From positions 27,821 to 91,820 of the forward strand of contig JAGVCW010000021.1 in assembly GCA_020059045.1 (NCBI GenBank): DNA of 64,000 nucleotides, in the 5' to 3' direction. The DNA comes from Minisyncoccota bacterium (GTDB lineage: Bacteria; Patescibacteriota; Minisyncoccia; Phycocordibacterales; Zambryskibacteraceae). Each line of letters begins with the position of its first letter. The stretch's first letter is position 1. Under the pieces are notes generated by a model that was not told the origin of the DNA, did not search any database, and saw only the letters and a list, made by a program, of their open reading frames with translations. The position numbers and the translations under genes were made by a program. Positions 20,882 to 29,932 of the stretch are shown here, piece after piece.

Positions 20882-21265
20882 ATGGATCCCATCGCTGACA
20901 TGATAATAAGAATCAAGAATGCAGGAGAATCCCGCAAGGATACAGTGGCTTTTCCATATTCAAATTTGAAAGCAAGCATCTGCAAAACTCTTCTAGATAG
21001 TGGATACATAAAATCTCTTGTTATAAAAGGGAAGATTGCCAAATCAATAGAAGTCGGACTTATTTACAACGGCAAGTTCCCAAAGATCCAAGGTGTGAAG
21101 AGACTTTCGAAGCCTTCTCGTCGTCTATACAAGGCCTCAAGTGATCTACGGCCGGTTAAGAGAGGGTATGGATCTCTCATCATGTCTACTCCGAAGGGAA
21201 TAATGGTAGGAGAGCATGCCCGTAAGTCTAAAGTCGGTGGTGAGGCATTATTTGAAATATGGTAA
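20882..21265 (+). CDS. rpsH: 30S ribosomal protein S8
   Basis: MDPIADMIIRIKNAG... Confidence 0.95.
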   Translation: MDPIADMIIRIKNAGESRKDTVAFPYSNLKASICKTLLDSGYIKSLVIKGKIAKSIEVGLIYNGKFPKIQGVKRLSKPSRRLYKASSDLRPVKRGYGSLIMSTPKGIMVGEHARKSKVGGEALFEIW

Positions 21266-21353
21266 TGGCTTTGTCTAAATTTTACGAACGAAGTGAAATA
21301 AAATTTAGTAACAAAACATTAACTCACTATCGTTCGTTAAGAAAATCAACCAC
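21266..21353 (+). promoter_or_regulatory. Family-1 structured spacer upstream of rplF
   Basis: ACGAACGAAGTGA-(loop)-TCACTATCGTTCGT stem (13 bp), then TAAGAAAATCAACCAC-ATG. Confidence 0.6.
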
Positions 21354-21887
21354 ATGAGCAGAATCGGAAAAGGAAAAATAGATATCCCAGAGAAAACTGA
21401 AGTTATTCTTCTTGCAGACACTGTCGTGGTAAAGGGGCCATTAGGTGAATTGTCTCACAAAGTTCACTCAGATATAGGTATTGAGATTGCTTCCGGAAGC
21501 GTAACATTTGTTCCCAAAGTTAATACTCTTGAAGCAAATGCTCTCTGGGGCACGACGTCTTCTCACTTGTCCAATATGATAGATGGAGTGAACAAACCTT
21601 TTGAAAAGAAATTAGTTTTAGAAGGCATTGGATATAAGGTAGAGGTAAAGGGAGATAAGATTCATCTTGCACTAGGCTTTTCTCATCCTGTAGAAGTTTT
21701 AATACCAAAAGGCTTGAATGTAAAAGTTGAGAAAAATGCCGTAACGATATCTGGCATTAGCAAGGACGATGTCGGGAGTTTCACAGCACGTCTGCGTGAC
21801 TTGAAGAAGCCGGAACCTTACAAAGGCAAAGGATTCAAATATTTTGGCGAAGTGATCAAGATTAAGCAGGGTAAAAAGTCAGTATAA
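21354..21887 (+). CDS. rplF: 50S ribosomal protein L6
   Basis: MSRIGKGKIDIP..., duplicated L6 domain. Confidence 0.93.
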   Translation: MSRIGKGKIDIPEKTEVILLADTVVVKGPLGELSHKVHSDIGIEIASGSVTFVPKVNTLEANALWGTTSSHLSNMIDGVNKPFEKKLVLEGIGYKVEVKGDKIHLALGFSHPVEVLIPKGLNVKVEKNAVTISGISKDDVGSFTARLRDLKKPEPYKGKGFKYFGEVIKIKQGKKSV

Positions 21888-21975
21888 TGGCTTTGTCTAA
21901 ATTTTATGAACGAAGTGAAATAAAATTTAGTAACAAAACATTAACTCACTATCGCTCGTTAAGAAAATCAACCAC
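21888..21975 (+). promoter_or_regulatory. Family-1 structured spacer upstream of rplR (near-identical copy of 21266-21353)
   Basis: 88 bp with 3 mismatches relative to the rplF leader. Confidence 0.6.
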
Positions 21976-22329
21976 ATGAAGACAACTAATCATAAAAGCT
22001 CAAAAAGAAATCGTAGACATACAAAAATCAGGACGAAAGTTTCTGGTACTTCTAGCCGCCCACGTCTTTCTGTATTTCGCTCCAATATGTATCTCTATGC
22101 TCAAGTCATAGATGATGAGAGTGGTAAAACACTTTTCTCCATTTCATCTAAAGGTATGAAGAAGGGAGGTGTCGGGTTTGAATCAGCTCGTGAACTGGGT
22201 AAGACGCTTGCCAAGTCTGTTATCGCAGGCAACATCAAGAAGGTTGTGTTTGATCGGGGTGGATATATGTATACTGGTAAGGTTCGTGCTCTTGCAGACG
22301 GAGCTCGCGAAGGAGGTCTAGAATTCTAA
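21976..22329 (+). CDS. rplR: 50S ribosomal protein L18
   Basis: RPRLSVFRSNMYLYAQVIDDESGKTL... Confidence 0.93.
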   Translation: MKTTNHKSSKRNRRHTKIRTKVSGTSSRPRLSVFRSNMYLYAQVIDDESGKTLFSISSKGMKKGGVGFESARELGKTLAKSVIAGNIKKVVFDRGGYMYTGKVRALADGAREGGLEF

Positions 22330-22351
22330 TCAAATATTAATAATCAAATCA

Positions 22352-23005
22352 ATGCCGAACGAAGAAGAAAAAATTTCAACAACTGAACCAACGACACCAG
22401 CAGATGTAAATGTAGATGTTCCTATTGCTGCATCTGTCGCCACATCTCCCGACCCTCAAGCTGATGGTAAGAGAGGTTTTGTAAGGAGAGACCATGGTGA
22501 GAGGAAGAAAAATCCTCGCAAGGCACCAAGACGAGAGGCTAGAGTTAAACCAGAATTCGACAATAAAATGGTTTCAATTAGACGTGTAACTCGTGTGGTA
22601 GCTGGAGGACGCAGGTTTAGCTTCTCTGTGACTCTTGTTGCAGGTAATCGCAAAGGGACTGTTGGAGTGGGTCAAGGTAAAGCATCAGACACTCCTATTG
22701 CGATCGATAAGGCCATGAGAGATGCGAAGAAAAACATGATCCAAATTCACACCACGAAGGACATGTCGATACCTCACGAGGTTGCAGCTAAATATGGAAG
22801 TTCAAGAGTGCTCATCATGCCAGCTCCTGGCCGCGGGATGCTCGCAGGTAGCTCAATAAGAACAGTTCTGGAGCTTGCAGGTCTTACTGGAATAAATGCC
22901 AAGCTTCTTTCCGGGAGTAAAAACAGAGCAAACAATGCAAAAGCTGCTGTAGAAGCGCTTCGCAAACTAGCAAGAACACAAGTAAGAACAGCAGTGAAGA
23001 AATAA
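22352..23005 (+). CDS. rpsE: 30S ribosomal protein S5 (N-terminal ~60-aa extension)
   Basis: IRRVTRVVAGGRRFSFSVTLVAGNRKGTVGVGQGKA... Confidence 0.93.
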   Translation: MPNEEEKISTTEPTTPADVNVDVPIAASVATSPDPQADGKRGFVRRDHGERKKNPRKAPRREARVKPEFDNKMVSIRRVTRVVAGGRRFSFSVTLVAGNRKGTVGVGQGKASDTPIAIDKAMRDAKKNMIQIHTTKDMSIPHEVAAKYGSSRVLIMPAPGRGMLAGSSIRTVLELAGLTGINAKLLSGSKNRANNAKAAVEALRKLARTQVRTAVKK

Positions 23006-23032
23006 TTTACATCATCCAAACCATTTCCGCCC

Positions 23033-23476
23033 ATGCAAATGAATACCATAAAAAGAAGAATAAAGAACAAGAAATCACGTCAAGTGGCGCGTGGTGGCAC
23101 ACGTGGTAAAACTGCAGGGCGCGGAACCAAAGGGCAGAATGCCCGCTCAGGAAGAAAGAAACGTCCAGAAATAAGAGACATGATCAAGCGTATACCGAAG
23201 CTTCGTGGGCGTGGTGTTTCTTCACTTAAAAGTATTCAAAGAGATGCGATCGCAGTTAACCTTACAGTGCTTAACAAGTCTTTCAATTCAGGCGACACTG
23301 TGTCTAAAGAGACTCTTCTTGAGAAGGGAATTGTGAAGAAAGTATCAGGTAAATATCCAAATGTGAAGATCCTTTCAGGTGGAACTCTCGATAAGAAATT
23401 GGATTTTGTTTCTTGCCAGGTGTCAGCGGGGGCAAGGGCGAAGATTGAATCTTTGGGTGGAAGTATAAAAGTGTAA
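23033..23476 (+). CDS. rplO: 50S ribosomal protein L15
   Basis: ARGGTRGKTAGRGTKGQNARSG... No rpmD (L30) gene between rpsE and rplO. Confidence 0.92.
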   Translation: MQMNTIKRRIKNKKSRQVARGGTRGKTAGRGTKGQNARSGRKKRPEIRDMIKRIPKLRGRGVSSLKSIQRDAIAVNLTVLNKSFNSGDTVSKETLLEKGIVKKVSGKYPNVKILSGGTLDKKLDFVSCQVSAGARAKIESLGGSIKV

Positions 23477-23616
23477 TAGAATATAAGAACTTGTCCCGTT
23501 AGGTGTGATCGGGATATAAGATAATGATAAATTTGTATATGTCAGATAATCGAAATAATGTTTTATTTACTAACCTAACCAAGACAGGAGTCTAAGGACT
23601 CCTTACATCTAACGGG

Positions 23617-24888
23617 ATGAACTCATTTTTTGATAAGGCACGTCTTGTTTTCACCGACAAAGTACTGCGCAAGCGTATATTCTTTGTGCTTGGCGCACTT
23701 ATTGTTTTTCGATTTCTTTCTACTATACCTGTCCCGGGTGTAGACGCAGATAAACTTGCAAGTTTCTTTTCTTCAAGTGAACTCCTTGGCCTCATAAACC
23801 TTTTTTCTGGAGGAGGATTTTCTAATCTTTCTATAATAATGCTTGGTGTTGGTCCTTACATTACGGCCTCGATCATAATGCAGCTTTTGACTATCATATT
23901 CCCAAAGTTAAAAGCAATGTATCAAGAAGAAGGTGATCTTGGAAGAAAGAAGTTTTCTCAGTACAGTCGTATGCTTTCTGTTCCTCTCGCTGTTATACAA
24001 GGTTTTGCCTTTCTGACACTTCTATCAAGGCAGGGCATCATGGCGCCTCTTAGCGGCTTTGAAATGGCTGTAAACATAGTTGTAATCACAGCAGGTTCAG
24101 TGCTTCTAATGTGGCTAGGTGAGCTTATGACAGAATTCGGAATCGGTAATGGTACGTCACTTATCATCTTTGCCGGTATAGTAAGCCAGCTTCCTCAGAT
24201 ACTTGGCCAGCTTGTGTTTACATTTGATGCGTCTCAGATTCCTCTATATTTATCATTTGTTGTAGCGGCCGTTATTATTATTTTTGCTGTTGTTATTATT
24301 ACAGAGGCAGAGCGTCCGATCCCAATAACATATGCGAAGCGTGTGAGAGGCGCGAGAGTTTATGGGGGGCTTTCTACGTACCTTCCAATCAGAGTTAACC
24401 AGGCTGGTGTTATACCTATAATATTTGCGTTATCTATCCTCCTATTTCCTCAACTAATATTTAGCTTCCTTGCAAATGTAGATAACAACATTATTAAAAC
24501 GGTTTCCACTTTCCTTCTTGGCCTTGTTGGCAACCCATGGTTCTATGCCGTTGCCTACTTTTTCCTAGTTTTTATTTTCACATATTTTTACACAGCTGTT
24601 ACGTTCGATCCTCATATGATTTCGACCAATCTACAGAAAAATGGAGCGTTTATCCCAGGAGTTAGACCAGGGGAGTCTACTGCAGACTATATTGCAAAGA
24701 TTTTGACACGTCTTACTCTTGTTGGCGCAATATTCCTCGGTCTCATTGCAGTCTTGCCTCTTATTATGAGAGGTGTTACGGGAATCCAATCTCTAGCTAT
24801 CGGTGGTACAGCACTTCTAATTGTGGTTTCTGTGGTTATTGATCTTATTAAAAAGATTGAGGCTCAGGTTTCGGTTAGGGAATATTAA
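23617..24888 (+). CDS. secY: Preprotein translocase subunit SecY
   Basis: 423 aa, 10 TM segments. Leader has long-range IR GTCCCGTTAGG ... CTAACGGGATG enclosing the start codon. Confidence 0.93.
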   Translation: MNSFFDKARLVFTDKVLRKRIFFVLGALIVFRFLSTIPVPGVDADKLASFFSSSELLGLINLFSGGGFSNLSIIMLGVGPYITASIIMQLLTIIFPKLKAMYQEEGDLGRKKFSQYSRMLSVPLAVIQGFAFLTLLSRQGIMAPLSGFEMAVNIVVITAGSVLLMWLGELMTEFGIGNGTSLIIFAGIVSQLPQILGQLVFTFDASQIPLYLSFVVAAVIIIFAVVIITEAERPIPITYAKRVRGARVYGGLSTYLPIRVNQAGVIPIIFALSILLFPQLIFSFLANVDNNIIKTVSTFLLGLVGNPWFYAVAYFFLVFIFTYFYTAVTFDPHMISTNLQKNGAFIPGVRPGESTADYIAKILTRLTLVGAIFLGLIAVLPLIMRGVTGIQSLAIGGTALLIVVSVVIDLIKKIEAQVSVREY

Positions 24889-24982
24889 AATTAGTAAAGA
24901 GTAATTGGTAGGCAGAAAATTATTGGTTATTGTTTTTTATCTACTGTCTACTTATTACTGATTACCAATAACTATTAAAAAA

Positions 24983-24999
24983 CCATCCTTTAGGGATGG
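24983..24999 (-). terminator. Terminator hairpin for 25010 gene (also 3' of secY)
   Basis: CCATCC-TTTAG-GGATGG flanked by A-run and T-run. Confidence 0.5.
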
Positions 25000-25009
25000 T
25001 GGTTTGTTG

Positions 25010-25486
25010 CTAGAGACCAGCAGCTACCCGCTCAGCTGGAACAAGGCAAATTGTACTATCGTTTTTGTTCTCACTAATTTCGTGGTATGACACAAACCAC
25101 TTTCTCCCATTCCAGTCTATCGTTTGGAATGGTCGGCACTGTTCTGCAATTTCTTCAGGAAGCTCGATATCAACGTCTGTTGCCCAAATGGGGGGAAGGT
25201 TTTTCCCCCGCCACCAAAAAGTTAATTGTGGAATAGAATATTTCTTAAAAACATCATTATCCATAATGCCATTTTCAAATACTTCCCCCGCACACATTTC
25301 TCTGTCTTCTCGTCGAAGTAAAGATAGTGGAACAGGTCCGTGCACCTCGTTTTCTGATTGAAGTCGGGAAAATGCTTGGAAAAACAATTTGCCGAGAGTA
25401 CTCTGAGGGTCAAGAGTAAGTGCGGCCGTCATTAGGGCCGGGTTTTCTTTTCCCATTTCACAAACTGCCGGCCAATTCATGTACAT
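25010..25486 (-). CDS. Hypothetical protein (opposite strand, between secY and adk)
   Basis: 158-aa ORF. AAGGAG SD 5 nt before ATG. Confidence 0.55.
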   Translation of the reverse strand: MYMNWPAVCEMGKENPALMTAALTLDPQSTLGKLFFQAFSRLQSENEVHGPVPLSLLRREDREMCAGEVFENGIMDNDVFKKYSIPQLTFWWRGKNLPPIWATDVDIELPEEIAEQCRPFQTIDWNGRKWFVSYHEISENKNDSTICLVPAERVAAGL

Positions 25487-25660
25487 GAGTACTCCTTGTG
25501 GGTAAGGGAGGTATATTCCTCATATGTATTACCATTTAGGTGGCGCTTTAGTCAAACTGAATTTTTCTAAGTAAACCCATGGTATAGCATCACAAAACTA
25601 GCAATTTGTGTTATTATAATCAGACACTGCACCGTATTTCTAATGTCTTGTCGCCTGGTT

Positions 25661-25709
25661 TCATTCCTCATTCCTCATTCCTCATTCCTCATTCCTCATT
25701 CCTCATTAC
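25661..25709 (+). repeat. Heptanucleotide tandem repeat (TCATTCC)x6 plus 1 degenerate unit
   Basis: Read directly at 25661-25702 (perfect), followed by TCATTAC. Lies 21 nt upstream of adk ATG 25730. Confidence 0.9.
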
Positions 25710-25729
25710 TTATTCATAATTCTTCCTTC

Positions 25730-26320
25730 ATGTTCTCCTTTATTTTCATAGGTCGCTCTGGTTGTGGTAAAGGTACTCAAGCCGATTTGCTACAAGCCTA
25801 TATTAAATCCAAGGATGAAAGTCCAATTCTCTACATTGAGACTGGCGCTAATTTCAGAGAATTCATTAAAGGTGCAAATTATACAAACACTCTTTCAAAG
25901 CAAGTTTACGAAAGTGACCATGTCCAGCCCGCCTTTCTCGCAGCTTATATGTGGAGTTTCGAAATGGTAGCAAAGTATACGGGTAAGGAGCACCTGATTT
26001 TTGACGGGACTCCGCGGTCTCTTGAGGAAGCTCAGATTTTAGCTGGTGCACTAGACTTTTATTCAATTGCAAGTACTGTGGTGATTCATCTCGAAGTTTC
26101 ACGTGCTTGGTCGGAGCGTCATCTCTTGAGTCGCGGAAGGTCAGATGATGCTAATATCTCACGCATAGATAAGAGGCTTGATTGGTTTGATGCCAATGTG
26201 ATTCCAGCTATAAATTATTTTAAAAGTAACAGCAAGTATCACTTTGTAGAAGTAAATGGCGAGCAAACTATAGCTGAGGTCCAAAATGAAATTATTGAGA
26301 AACTTAAACCCGTTTTATAA
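25730..26320 (+). CDS. adk: Adenylate kinase-like nucleoside monophosphate kinase
   Basis: MFSFIFIGRSGCGKGTQA P-loop. FDGTPRSLEEAQ matches the adk LDGFPRT region. Confidence 0.8.
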   Translation: MFSFIFIGRSGCGKGTQADLLQAYIKSKDESPILYIETGANFREFIKGANYTNTLSKQVYESDHVQPAFLAAYMWSFEMVAKYTGKEHLIFDGTPRSLEEAQILAGALDFYSIASTVVIHLEVSRAWSERHLLSRGRSDDANISRIDKRLDWFDANVIPAINYFKSNSKYHFVEVNGEQTIAEVQNEIIEKLKPVL

Positions 26321-26341
26321 CATCATATTTTATTTACGGTA

Positions 26342-27109
26342 ATGATTACGTACAAAAGTGCTAAAGAAATACAAATTTTAATCGAAGGTGGTAAGAGGCA
26401 CAGTGCAATTCTAAGAAAGCTTCGAGAAATGATTGTTCCCACCCTTTCCGCAAGAGTTCTAAATGATTTTGCTTTGAGTGAAATAAATAAGTATGGAGAT
26501 ACACCTGCATTTCTCGGTTACACTCCAGATGGTGCCAAGCGCCCATATCCTGCAGCACTCTGTGTATCACTAAACGATGAGATTGTGCACGGTATTCCAA
26601 ATGAGAAAGAAAAAATCTTGAAAGAAGGCGACATTGTAAGTATAGACTTAGGTCTTGTACACCAAGGACTAATTACCGACGGAGCTTTCACTTGTGGAGT
26701 GGGTAAAATATCAAAAGAGGATCAAAATCTTATTAAGATGACAGAAAAAGCTCTGTGGTTTGGGATCGAAGAGGCCAAAGCTGGTAATACAACTGGTGAT
26801 ATCGGTTTTGCAATCGAATCGGTTGCGCGAAGTGCGGGGCTAAATATTACTGAAGGTCTTGCGGGTCATGGAGTAGGTTACCATGTCCACGAGGATCCAT
26901 ACGTTCCAAATTATGGAGAAAAAGGAATGGGAGACATACTGAAGACAGGAATGGTAATAGCCATAGAGCCCATGCTTACAAGCGGCAGTGGAGCTATTAT
27001 ACTTGCGAAAGACGGTTATACATACAAAACAAAAGATGGCAGGAATTGCGCACATTTTGAACACACGGTGGTTATTACAGAAGGCGACCCGATTGTTGTA
27101 ACTGCATAA
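26342..27109 (+). CDS. map: Methionine aminopeptidase type I
   Basis: Metal-binding D, D, H, E, E residues in the classic pita-bread context (DIVSIDLG..., HGVGYHVHE...). Confidence 0.92.
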   Translation: MITYKSAKEIQILIEGGKRHSAILRKLREMIVPTLSARVLNDFALSEINKYGDTPAFLGYTPDGAKRPYPAALCVSLNDEIVHGIPNEKEKILKEGDIVSIDLGLVHQGLITDGAFTCGVGKISKEDQNLIKMTEKALWFGIEEAKAGNTTGDIGFAIESVARSAGLNITEGLAGHGVGYHVHEDPYVPNYGEKGMGDILKTGMVIAIEPMLTSGSGAIILAKDGYTYKTKDGRNCAHFEHTVVITEGDPIVVTA

Positions 27110-27526
27110 TTGTGTAATATTAACTTTATGACAGAAGGATTATCACTAGAACACTTTGAAGAATCTCGACGACAAATAGACCCGCGTCCAACTATAGTTA
27201 ATGCCGAATTTGGAGACGAGTCTTCAGAGCCTGATTTCGAATCTCCATATGTTCCAGTGACTCTCCCAGAGGAAGATCTAAAGGTGGATGCAGCAACAAA
27301 GGAAAAGGAAGAGACGAGTTTCGAGCGAGAAATTCGTGAGAGACAAATTTCACAGCATGCAAATTATGAAATAGAAAGAAGTGGTTTCCAGGCAAGACTC
27401 GATGTACTTAGAGAAAGAGCAGATAATTACAAGAAAGCTGGGATGAGCCCCCACGAACTCGAAGAATCGAATCGAGAATTGAAAGACACAGAACATTTTG
27501 CAAAGTATATTACGCAAATGATCTAA
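27110..27526 (+). CDS. Acidic hypothetical protein
   Basis: 138-aa Glu-rich ORF directly after map. Confidence 0.45.
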   Translation: MCNINFMTEGLSLEHFEESRRQIDPRPTIVNAEFGDESSEPDFESPYVPVTLPEEDLKVDAATKEKEETSFEREIRERQISQHANYEIERSGFQARLDVLRERADNYKKAGMSPHELEESNRELKDTEHFAKYITQMI

Positions 27527-27845
27527 AGGAGTATGTAAGAAAGGTAGGAAAATTTTCTTATGATATTTATTCCTCAAAATCATTTGAAGATTTGGTGGTT
27601 ACAATAGAGCTGTGGGGCGGTTTGCCTACAAGTGAGGCTAAGGGTGGCTTCATGCCGCAAGAAGTTTTTAAACAAAACCTGGAAAAAATAATTTTCCCAA
27701 ATCCAGAGGATAGGGAAAATCTTTTGAATTCAATTTTTGAGGATGGAGAAATTAAACGAAAGATAAGGGTACTTCTTAATAAACCTAAATAGTTTTGCAT
27801 TTGTCTCACATATTCTGTATTATCTGTGTCTAATATTTTTTTGTC

Positions 27846-28457
27846 ATGAATACACCTCAAAAAGAAAGAACATTTGTTTTTGTTAAGCATGATGGAATAC
27901 AGCGCTCTCTTGTGGGAGAAATAATAAAGAGAATAGAGAGAACTGGGCTCAAAATTGTTGCTATGAAGATGTTTGTGCCAGATCGCAAACGTGCGGAGAT
28001 TCATTATGGCAAAAACGACACTTGGTGCGCGGAGAAAGGTCAAATCCAGGTAGAAAATCTAAAAAAGATGGGGATTGAGCCGACTAAGCCTGCAATAGAA
28101 TACGGACGTGACAAAGTAGAAGCAATAATAAATTACATAACAGTTGGACCTGTGATAGCCATGGTGATAGAAGGGAATCAGGCTGTAGGAATAGTGAAAA
28201 AGATTGTTGGGGGAACGGAACCCCTTACATCTGATGTTGGGACCATTCGAGGCGACCTTACACTAGACTCTTATGCTGCAGCAGATAGTGGTGGGGCGGT
28301 TACTAGGGCAGTTAGAAACCTAATGCATTGCACAGGCAAACCAGAGGAAGCAGAAGGGGAGATTAACCTGTGGTTTAAAGAAGATGAGATAATCAATTAT
28401 CGTCTTGTTCAGGAAGCGATTCTTTACGACGTAAATCTAGACGGCATCCTCGAATAA
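27846..28457 (+). CDS. ndk: Nucleoside diphosphate kinase (with insertions)
   Basis: TFVFVKHDGIQRSLVGEIIKRIERTGLKIVAMK..., NLMHCTG active-site region. ~60 aa longer than canonical Ndk. Confidence 0.85.
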   Translation: MNTPQKERTFVFVKHDGIQRSLVGEIIKRIERTGLKIVAMKMFVPDRKRAEIHYGKNDTWCAEKGQIQVENLKKMGIEPTKPAIEYGRDKVEAIINYITVGPVIAMVIEGNQAVGIVKKIVGGTEPLTSDVGTIRGDLTLDSYAAADSGGAVTRAVRNLMHCTGKPEEAEGEINLWFKEDEIINYRLVQEAILYDVNLDGILE

Positions 28458-28482
28458 ATGTTAAACACTCGGTGTTGTACAT
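28458..28482. repeat. Near-palindromic 25-bp motif, copy 1 (ATGTTAAACAC-N-GTGTTGTACAT)
   Basis: Pairs with the copy at 29190-29214. Together they flank the higher-GC gene 28667..29110. Confidence 0.7.
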
Positions 28483-28666
28483 TAACCAACGGTCTACAAA
28501 AAAGCCTTATTTCAAGGCTTTTTTGGTAAGTAAAAACTTCTTGACTTTTCTACTCAGTCTATGGTATAATATTGGTATATCTAGCTCCATTTAGGGTCTG
28601 GGTATGTATTAAAGGAATTGGCACTTAGGCCTCTTCCTCAACCGTTCTTTCCAGTTTGGAGGTCGT

Positions 28667-29110
28667 ATGGAACCCTATTCCAGGCTCCAGTATGTCGTAC
28701 TCGTTCTCTGCAGTGTTATTACTCTCGGGACGATCCTCTTCATGCTCAATCGGCAGTACAAGATAAGAAAGGCGGGTGCATTTCAGGAGATCTTTGGTTT
28801 CAATCCCATGCAAACGTGGGTCGAGACTCCTATGACAAGGCACGAGCGTCAAGATAAAGTCAATCTTGCTCTAGAGCACCTGGCTATGATGCTCTCAGTG
28901 CAGACCCATCTCGCAGGACGTGAGTTTGGGCATCCTCCGACCGCAAAAGGCGTAAAGAAAATGTTCTGGCAGGCGCACAAGATTGCCCGCTCATGGGGAT
29001 ACCAAGTGAGAGGCAGTTGGACTGAGTATCTTGATGTGAATCCTCTGCAATGGTTAGTTCTCGGTCAATCGATCCATGCAGCGACAGTGGCAGCAGCAAA
29101 GAAACCATAA
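28667..29110 (+). CDS. Hypothetical membrane-anchored protein (higher GC)
   Basis: GGAGG SD 5 nt upstream. N-terminal TM helix. Terminator CCCCACCTGTTGGGGTTTTTTT follows. Confidence 0.55.
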   Translation: MEPYSRLQYVVLVLCSVITLGTILFMLNRQYKIRKAGAFQEIFGFNPMQTWVETPMTRHERQDKVNLALEHLAMMLSVQTHLAGREFGHPPTAKGVKKMFWQAHKIARSWGYQVRGSWTEYLDVNPLQWLVLGQSIHAATVAAAKKP

Positions 29111-29129
29111 CCCCATCAGGAGGAGTAAA

Positions 29130-29158
29130 CCCCACCTGTTGGGGTTTTTTTATTTTAG
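29130..29158 (+). terminator. Rho-independent terminator
   Basis: AAACCCCACCTGTTGGGGTTTTTTTATTTT. Confidence 0.65.
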
Positions 29159-29189
29159 AGACGTACAACTTAAGCGATAAGACCATTAA

Positions 29190-29214
29190 ATGTTAAACAC
29201 CGAGTGTTTAACAT
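29190..29214. repeat. Near-palindromic 25-bp motif, copy 2 (ATGTTAAACACCGAGTGTTTAACAT)
   Basis: Perfect 11-bp dyad arms ATGTTAAACAC / GTGTTTAACAT. Confidence 0.7.
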
Positions 29215-29379
29215 ACTACATAAGCTGCATGGTCGGTAAAGCTTTTCATAATGAGGTTTTTGTTTCCTACTGTGCTCTTCACACTTTCCTTATATTGTGT
29301 GAGTAATATAATGTATGAGGGTTATTTGGCATATTATCTAGATTAAAGTAATTTTAAAGGGAGTCCTATATTTCCTCAC

Positions 29380-29495
29380 TTTAATGAAGCCTTCGGGCAT
29401 CTGACAAGTGAGGTTGCGGACACCCACCTGGCAAATAGCTAGGGCAATATGTCCAAGTAACCCACACAAAGAACCCCGTATACGGGATTTTTTGT
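29380..29495 (+). ncRNA. Candidate small structured RNA
   Basis: CCTCACTT...AAGTGAGG stem enclosing a GCC-TTCG-GGC tetraloop hairpin. Ends in CCCGTATACGGGATTTTTTG intrinsic terminator. No plausible ORF on + strand. Confidence 0.3.
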
Positions 29496-29542
29496 TTACA
29501 TGACTAAATTTTAAAACAAACAGGTTATAATATTCGTAATAA

Positions 29543-29932
29543 ATGAAGCGACCACTTGTAACTACTGTAGTCATACTAGTTCTTGTTCTAGTTTTTCATC
29601 TTAGTGCACTTTCCAACTTTTGGTACTGGAAATATTGGTGGTTTGATATTTTAATGCATATTGCTGGTGGCTATGTCATTTTGCTTCTAATAATTATAGG
29701 TTGGGAAAGGTATCTGCGTGCCCACAGTGGTAGTTTAAAAAGAGCAATCATTACAGCCCTGTTTGGTGTACTTCTCGTTGCTGTAGGTTGGGAAGTTTTT
29801 GAGTACAAAGCTGGTGTAACATTTTTGGATGACAATTATTACGTGGACACAGCCCTCGATATTTTTATGGGAGTTCTAGGAGCAATTCTTGGAGCAAGGC
29901 AGATGTTTACTTACTTTAAAAAAAATGAATAA
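29543..29932 (+). CDS. Hypothetical integral membrane protein
   Basis: 4 predicted TM helices. Confidence 0.5.
   Translation: MKRPLVTTVVILVLVLVFHLSALSNFWYWKYWWFDILMHIAGGYVILLLIIIGWERYLRAHSGSLKRAIITALFGVLLVAVGWEVFEYKAGVTFLDDNYYVDTALDIFMGVLGAILGARQMFTYFKKNE

Noticed and set aside
27567-28043. 158-aa minus-strand ORF overlapping the ndk start
   Set aside because: It overlaps a well-supported ndk and has a low-complexity sequence.
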